From assembly GCA_963837175.1 (NCBI GenBank), contig CAWIMJ010000012.1, positions 128,001 to 192,000 of the forward strand: a stretch of DNA of 64,000 nt. The letters run 5' to 3'. Shown here in pieces: positions 56,910 to 64,000 of this stretch (positions are counted from its first letter, which is position 1; each line of letters begins with the position of its first letter). Both the position numbers and the translations under genes were made by a program. Under the pieces are notes generated by a model. That model was not told where the DNA came from, made no database searches, and saw nothing but the letters and a program-made list of their open reading frames with translations. This DNA comes from an uncultured Nitrososphaeraceae archaeon. Its GTDB lineage: Archaea > Thermoproteota > Nitrososphaeria > Nitrososphaerales > Nitrososphaeraceae.

Positions 56910-57506
56910 ATGAACAAAACGAATCAAGGATTTGAAGTGAACTTATCTGTCGTTGCCATATCAGCTATACTTGTAGCATCACTATTTGTTATGGGTAGTA
57001 GCCGATTTACGCCCGATGCGATAGCACAGACGAATGAAACAGGTGGAGCGAGCATGAATCAAACAGGTGGAGCGATGATGAATGAAACAGGAGCAAGCAT
57101 GAATCAAACAGGTGGAGCGAGCATGAATCAAACAGGTGGAGCGAGCATGAATCAAACAGGTGGAGGCGGAGCAGCTAGCCAAAGTGCTATGGTAATGGTT
57201 CCTAAAGAGGCCATGACTACGGTAATGGGCAGCTTACAACAAGCCATGACCGCAGTAGATAGCGGTAATGACGATGATGCTAAGATGGCATTGATGAGTG
57301 TACAACAGGCTTTAACAGGTCCAGCACAGCAAGCAGGTATGTCTATGGAAAGTATGATGACAAGTAGCAGCAGCGACGGTAGCAGTAGCAGCGAAGACGG
57401 CGGTAGCAGACGGAGCATAAATCACGGTGATAGCAGCGACGGTGGAGATAAATCAGGTGATAGACAGATGACAGCGAATAGCAGAAGGATAACAATTCGA
57501 ATTTAA
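56910..57506 (+). CDS. Secreted Met/Gly/Ser-rich repeat protein (C-terminus possibly garbled by indels)
   Basis: Signal peptide ending AIA-QT; six N(E/Q)TG(G) repeats of mostly 24-bp units; Met-rich helical region; Ser/Asp tail. Confidence 0.7.
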   Translation: MNKTNQGFEVNLSVVAISAILVASLFVMGSSRFTPDAIAQTNETGGASMNQTGGAMMNETGASMNQTGGASMNQTGGASMNQTGGGGAASQSAMVMVPKEAMTTVMGSLQQAMTAVDSGNDDDAKMALMSVQQALTGPAQQAGMSMESMMTSSSSDGSSSSEDGGSRRSINHGDSSDGGDKSGDRQMTANSRRITIRI

Positions 57507-58074
57507 AATCGCTGAACTAATCTTTTCTATTTTTTATTGACAACAATTGTAAATTCGAAATAGAGTTTAATTGTTTTATGCGAGATGAAAATATAGTATA
57601 TAATCTGTCAAATCATGCGATTTTAAATCATATTTATATAAAACTATTTTTAAATTAGATAACCGTGCTATAATGGATTTTAATTATGTAGCATTGAATG
57701 CTAGAGTTACTACATACATAGACGCAAGTCTTAACTATAATATTTCGTTTCATACTGTTATTATTTATCATAGATTGTAGTTATTTTTATTTAACATGCT
57801 TTTCAATAATGTTACAAATTTTTTACAGTTAAAGATTGTAATTGATGTATTTTCATAATATCGATCAGGCAATATTGGAACCATAAATCAACTTTTTTTG
57901 ATGGGGTAGTATTTTCGATCAGACTCCATTTTTGAACTGAATTCTAACTATTTAGTTCTTCAGCTTACTTCCATTGTCTATTTAAAAAATATACAATCCT
58001 TATACATCTTATTATCAAATGGTCAACTATCTTAATACTATATAATTATTAACTATGATGGACTTGGTAAGCGG

Positions 58075-58408
58075 ATGGCAGATGGATTATTTACAGTTGT
58101 AAGCTTTATAGTAAGTGTAATTGTCTCTACTATTATAATATACTTTGTTACAAAATTATTTGGAGAAAAAGAAGGGATAAAACAGGCATTCATAGCAGCT
58201 ATTATTGGGGCAATCGTCTATACTATAGCGTATGCTCTAATTGGCACGGGCTGGATAGGCAGCAATAGTCGGTGGAATTGTTTGGCTATTAGCATTGAGA
58301 GCGTTGTATAGCATTGGTTGGCTTAAAGCATTGGTTATTGCAGTCATTGTATGGATAGCAGCTACGATTGTTGGTATTTTATTGCCTACTGCGCCAGGGC
58401 CATTATGA
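58075..58408 (+). CDS. Small four-TM membrane protein (+1 frameshift at ~58258)
   Basis: Removing one G continues GWI-AAIVGGIVWLLALRALYSIGWLKALVIAVIVWIAATIVGILLPTAPGPL*. Confidence 0.7.
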
Positions 58409-58794
58409 GACTAAATAAACATTAAATAAACAATAAACAGGTCTGGAAGTATTTTTATTTTAGTTTATCAGTTGACTAAATATGTGAGTAGTTGTTTTCT
58501 AATACTATTTGCTTCAACACTCTCTTCTCATATAGTATTGGGTCATTATTCATACAACTATAAGTCTGCGGATTATTGGGTTAAGATAGTAGAATCTATA
58601 GATCAGGAATCCATAGATAGCTCACAAATAAAAGCTGTCAAGGGAAACCATGACATTAATCTCCTGATATACTAAACCAATATTACTTCTTTTATAGGCC
58701 AAAGAAACGTTCTGAAGAAGTATAAGGTATCGACGAAATACGAAGATTTTATTGGTAACTGCTAACGTAACTTGTAACTGCAGCTGAAGAAGAA

Positions 58795-59025
58795 ATGAAA
58801 AGGGAAGGGAGAGTAAAAAAAGAAATGTACAGATTATTTGTGATAGGCAAAAAATCACTTCTAGAAATTAGAAAGACAGAATCAAGAGCATCCAAAAGGT
58901 ACTGGGAAAGAGTTGGAGAGATTTTTGAGGATCGAGAAGAGATTATAAAAGAACCAACCAAAACTATTATCATGATCGGTTTAAGAGATTTTGTAAAATC
59001 TTTTGACTATAATATCATAGAATAA
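58795..59025 (+). CDS. Hypothetical protein or gene fragment
   Basis: 76-aa charged ORF; no motif. Confidence 0.35.
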   Translation: MKREGRVKKEMYRLFVIGKKSLLEIRKTESRASKRYWERVGEIFEDREEIIKEPTKTIIMIGLRDFVKSFDYNIIE

Positions 59026-59208
59026 GTTAGTCCACACAGAGTAGCGCTTGACATTTCGACTATCTATGGATATCCATCAATGAAGTATTCCATAATAATT
59101 TTCAATTCGAATCTGCATAATTAAAACCATCTATCATGTAAACTATTAGGACTCGTACGAGAAGTGGAAAATATCAAAAAGGGAAATTTTAACTACATAT
59201 TAGACCAT

Positions 59209-59556
59209 TCAATAATTGACTTTGAATTCACGAAACTCTCCAGTATACTTTTCATAGATTATGTCAACATCATCCACTGCAGCCTTAGGAGGGCCCGCAT
59301 AACACCACTCTATCACCTGATGTACGTCCATTTCATTTCCCTCAAATACTGCCTCAACTCGTCCATCTTTTAAGTTGTGTACCCAGCCCATCACACCGTA
59401 TCTTGTAGCCACAATTCTTGTATTTTGTCTAAAATAAACACCCTGTACTTTACCTCGAATAAACACATGTGCTCTAATTTTCTTATTGTTATTGTTTTTT
59501 GATCTTTTATCCGCCGGAAATTGGTATGATGTAGACACTGCAATCAACAATTTCAA
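59209..59556 (-). CDS. acyP: Acylphosphatase
   Basis: GKVQGVYFR, GWVHNLKDGRVEAVFEG, GPPKAAV. Confidence 0.93.
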   Translation of the reverse strand: MKLLIAVSTSYQFPADKRSKNNNNKKIRAHVFIRGKVQGVYFRQNTRIVATRYGVMGWVHNLKDGRVEAVFEGNEMDVHQVIEWCYAGPPKAAVDDVDIIYEKYTGEFREFKVNY

Positions 59557-59598
59557 TACTAAAAATTATATATAAAATTCGCCATAAATAAGAAGGTG

Positions 59599-60948
59599 TT
59601 AGACTAGATCTCCACCTTCTTCCATAAACAATTGTTCATAAGATGTCCCTCTTCGTACAAGTTTATAGTCTCCATCGGTAGTTTTCATTATGATCGGAGG
59701 TTTTGTTTGACAGTGAAACGGCATATTGAAGACTGTTGAGTATGCTCCAACATTATAAAATGATATATATCTTCCAATAGCCGCGTCACTTAGACTTGAT
59801 GCGTTGGAAAGTGGAAATACATCATATGTATCACACAGCCGGCCTGCAAGATGGATGTTCTTTGGAGTTATTGGATTTGTCGTTTGCTCTTTACCGTCAA
59901 GTACTGGAATTACCTCCTGTGGATATTCTTGTTTCAATAGAGCAGCATCTAATAATAAATGATAACCTGCATCTACTATAACAATCCTGTGTTCATTGTA
60001 TTCTTTTGTATTTACTATCCTAGAAACTAATATTGATGATTCGGCTACTAGAAATCTACCGCTCTCAACAATAAGTGTGAATTTTCCATGATTTTCTGCA
60101 AGTCGATTAAGGTTAGCGAAATAATTTTCAGCCATTTGGGAAGGAGTAGGCACAGGCTCATGATAGAAAACTGGTGTCCCCCCACCAATATCAAAGGTAT
60201 TAATCTGAAAGTTACGATACTCCTTCTTTAGCTTCGCTATAAATGCGTCCATTTTGTCAAATGCATGTGTGTAGCAAGAGAAATCTGTAATCTGCGATCC
60301 AAGATGAAAATGGAAGCCTTCGAATTTTAGTAAATCATTATTTATCAAATTCTTTACCATTTTGGTTGCGCTATCAATTGTTCCTCCGTTTAAGGGAACA
60401 CCAAACTTGCCGTTTCTATACGATGCACGAACCTCTGCTTTAACTCCCACCTCAGGATTCACACGGATCATCGTTAGAGGTTTGATATTCATTTTATTAG
60501 CCGCTTTGGCCAAATTTGTTATCCCATTAAATGAACTAACAACAATTCTTCTTACGCCGGTTTGAAGTACTTCCGAATATTCTTGTAATTCTTCAGTCAC
60601 ACTTGTATAGATAATGTTTTCAGGATCCCCTTTACACTCCTTTAAAAAACGAAGTTCCCCAATTGATGTCAAATCAAAAGTTATTCCGTCATTAATGAAT
60701 GTGCGTAGAATTGCTGGGCTGAAGTTTGCCTTGATTGAGTATGCAACTTTTACAGGTCCATTGAATTTTGAGTATGCATTGTATAGCTCCCTAGCTTTTG
60801 AGTGCAATGTATCTTCATCGACTAGGTAAAGCGGCGTTCCATATAGTGCGACTAATTTGCCGATGTCACTTGGTTTTGCAAAACGGTTTAACGCTGGTGT
60901 CGTCAGATTTAGATTTTTCACCAGTTGGATTTGAGAATTTTTCATCAA
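59599..60948 (-). CDS. lysA: Diaminopimelate decarboxylase (PLP fold type III)
   Basis: YGTPLY, YSIKAN (PLP Lys), KFG, HFHLGSQ, DIGGG, ESGRFL, GRLCDTYD, GAY. Confidence 0.82.
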   Translation of the reverse strand: MMKNSQIQLVKNLNLTTPALNRFAKPSDIGKLVALYGTPLYLVDEDTLHSKARELYNAYSKFNGPVKVAYSIKANFSPAILRTFINDGITFDLTSIGELRFLKECKGDPENIIYTSVTEELQEYSEVLQTGVRRIVVSSFNGITNLAKAANKMNIKPLTMIRVNPEVGVKAEVRASYRNGKFGVPLNGGTIDSATKMVKNLINNDLLKFEGFHFHLGSQITDFSCYTHAFDKMDAFIAKLKKEYRNFQINTFDIGGGTPVFYHEPVPTPSQMAENYFANLNRLAENHGKFTLIVESGRFLVAESSILVSRIVNTKEYNEHRIVIVDAGYHLLLDAALLKQEYPQEVIPVLDGKEQTTNPITPKNIHLAGRLCDTYDVFPLSNASSLSDAAIGRYISFYNVGAYSTVFNMPFHCQTKPPIIMKTTDGDYKLVRRGTSYEQLFMEEGGDLV

Positions 60949-60954
60949 TTTTTT

Positions 60955-60983
60955 TTATGTGTTTTTATTTGTAAAACACATAA
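60955..60983. promoter_or_regulatory. Inverted repeat just upstream of lysA (candidate operator)
   Basis: TTATGTGTTTT-n7-AAAACACATAA, 11-bp perfect arms. Confidence 0.35.
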
Positions 60984-61376
60984 CTTAAAAACATTGCCCA
61001 ATTAATTTTTGATTGCGATAGAAATTTGTCAAAATATTTTAACTGATTTTATAAGAATATTTTAAAGATAGCTGCCTTTGTTGATCTAATTAAAGTAGAA
61101 AAAATTAAATTTATTATGAAAAAATTATTTGATGTAATTAATTCGATACACCTAACTCATACGACTGTGAATGTTATAAATTAGTACTTCATATGTCTGG
61201 ATGGAGGGACCGTATCATATTTTTTATTATATTATTGCTTAATCATTAATCTACCATTGTTGAGTGTCAAACATTGATAGTCAAGATAGTATTGTCCATT
61301 ATTTTATCATTATTCCACTAGCAATTTCTACATTAAATTTAATATCTTTAGTTTTATAAGAAGAACATGAGTAAAT

Positions 61377-62339
61377 GGCTCTAGAAATCAGACTAATTCA
61401 AGCCGTCAAAGCTTTCTAGAATCATAATAGACTATATGAATATTGAAAGAATCAAGATATGTTAGACTGGCAAATATTACATCTATCGTGTTTTAAGAAA
61501 TTCAAGGACACTACTATTTCTTCATAGGAAGAGCAACCCTGTCTTTACCCTATGGCAGCAGTTAGTATTACTCACAATAAGACAGTATGAAGATAATAGA
61601 TATCCAATGTTTGTTGAGTGTCTGGTTGAAGCCCACTACCTTAGGATGTTCCTACAGTTGTCACATATACCTCATTTTGCAACATCGCAAAAGAGCTCAG
61701 ACAGAGTCAATAATATATATTGCTGAAAGATAATATCTTCATTCATCATACTTACAGGTATAAGACACATATTCGCAGGAATAAATTCAACTGGATTCAA
61801 GGTTACACATGCATTTCAATACTATACCGAGAGATATAAACTGAGAAGGAAAATATGCTAAATTATCAATACGAGATCACATACTCCAACAGATAATAAT
61901 ATGTAACATAAGGATAAGGAGAGCTCCAACAAGACACGATAACATTGATTTCAGATCCCTGATAACCAGGACATCCGAAATAATGCCCATTACCATAGTT
62001 GTGGCTGACTAGGGTTATGACAGTAAAGATAACCATATTTTGGTAAGCGAGATTTACATGCGTTCAGTATTATACCTACACAATACGAGGATGTTCCAAT
62101 ATGGAGAACATATAGAAGACATGGAAAAACAGATGAAGCGTGGTTATTCCAAACCACTATATATCATCGACTCAACAAAAAGACGAAACTATAGTATCTG
62201 TGATAAAGAGGCTTTTTTGAGAACATATCAGTTCAAGGCATGTAAGAACACAAAACAGGGAATTATTCTTTAGATGTATCGCTTAGAATTTGCATAGACT
62301 AATAATCTTCTTGTTATTGTAACCATGGTTTTTAGAGCC
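61377..62339 (+). mobile_element. Decayed IS5-family-like insertion sequence
   Basis: Ends GGCTCTAGAAATCA and TGGTTTTTAGAGCC (12/14 inverted match); 8-bp direct repeat GAGTAAAT on both sides (61369-61376, 62340-62347); fragments QQLVLLTIRQYED, GINSTGFKVT, VVAD*GYDSKDNH, ETIVSVIKR. Confidence 0.8.
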
Positions 62340-62399
62340 GAGTAAATGAATCTTTTCCTTTGACTTAAATTAAATGAAGGAATGGCACTTTTATTTTAT

Positions 62400-64000
<1,601 letters not shown>

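Overview
AT-rich chromosomal segment of an archaeon, most likely an ammonia-oxidising Nitrososphaerales (Thaumarchaeota). This is inferred from aIF1A, aIF2-beta, SUI1, CDC48, an intron-containing tRNA, Amt, the thaumarchaeal-type ferredoxin and bacterial-type grpE-dnaK-dnaJ and uvrBAC. It also carries a fixAB plus fixC-fixX fusion operon, a sulfite-oxidase-family gene with a Moco biosynthesis cluster and tatC, cbiA, bluB, cytX, lysA, and two decayed IS elements that still have terminal inverted repeats and 8-bp target duplications. Much intergenic DNA is pseudogene debris. The most notable items are a perfect 13-bp x ~20.6 GATC-containing, DnaA-box-like tandem array; a nearby unannotated 45-aa, 10-Cys microprotein; a tRNA-Ser(UGA) with two introns sharing a motif; a CBS-HPF ribosome-hibernation-like fusion; a probable dual Sec/Tat molybdoenzyme next to tatC; a perfect 32-bp palindrome; and two Met-rich secreted repeat proteins. 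Six genes carry single-base insertions that are most likely sequencing errors. All calls are from reading the sequence; no database searches were run.
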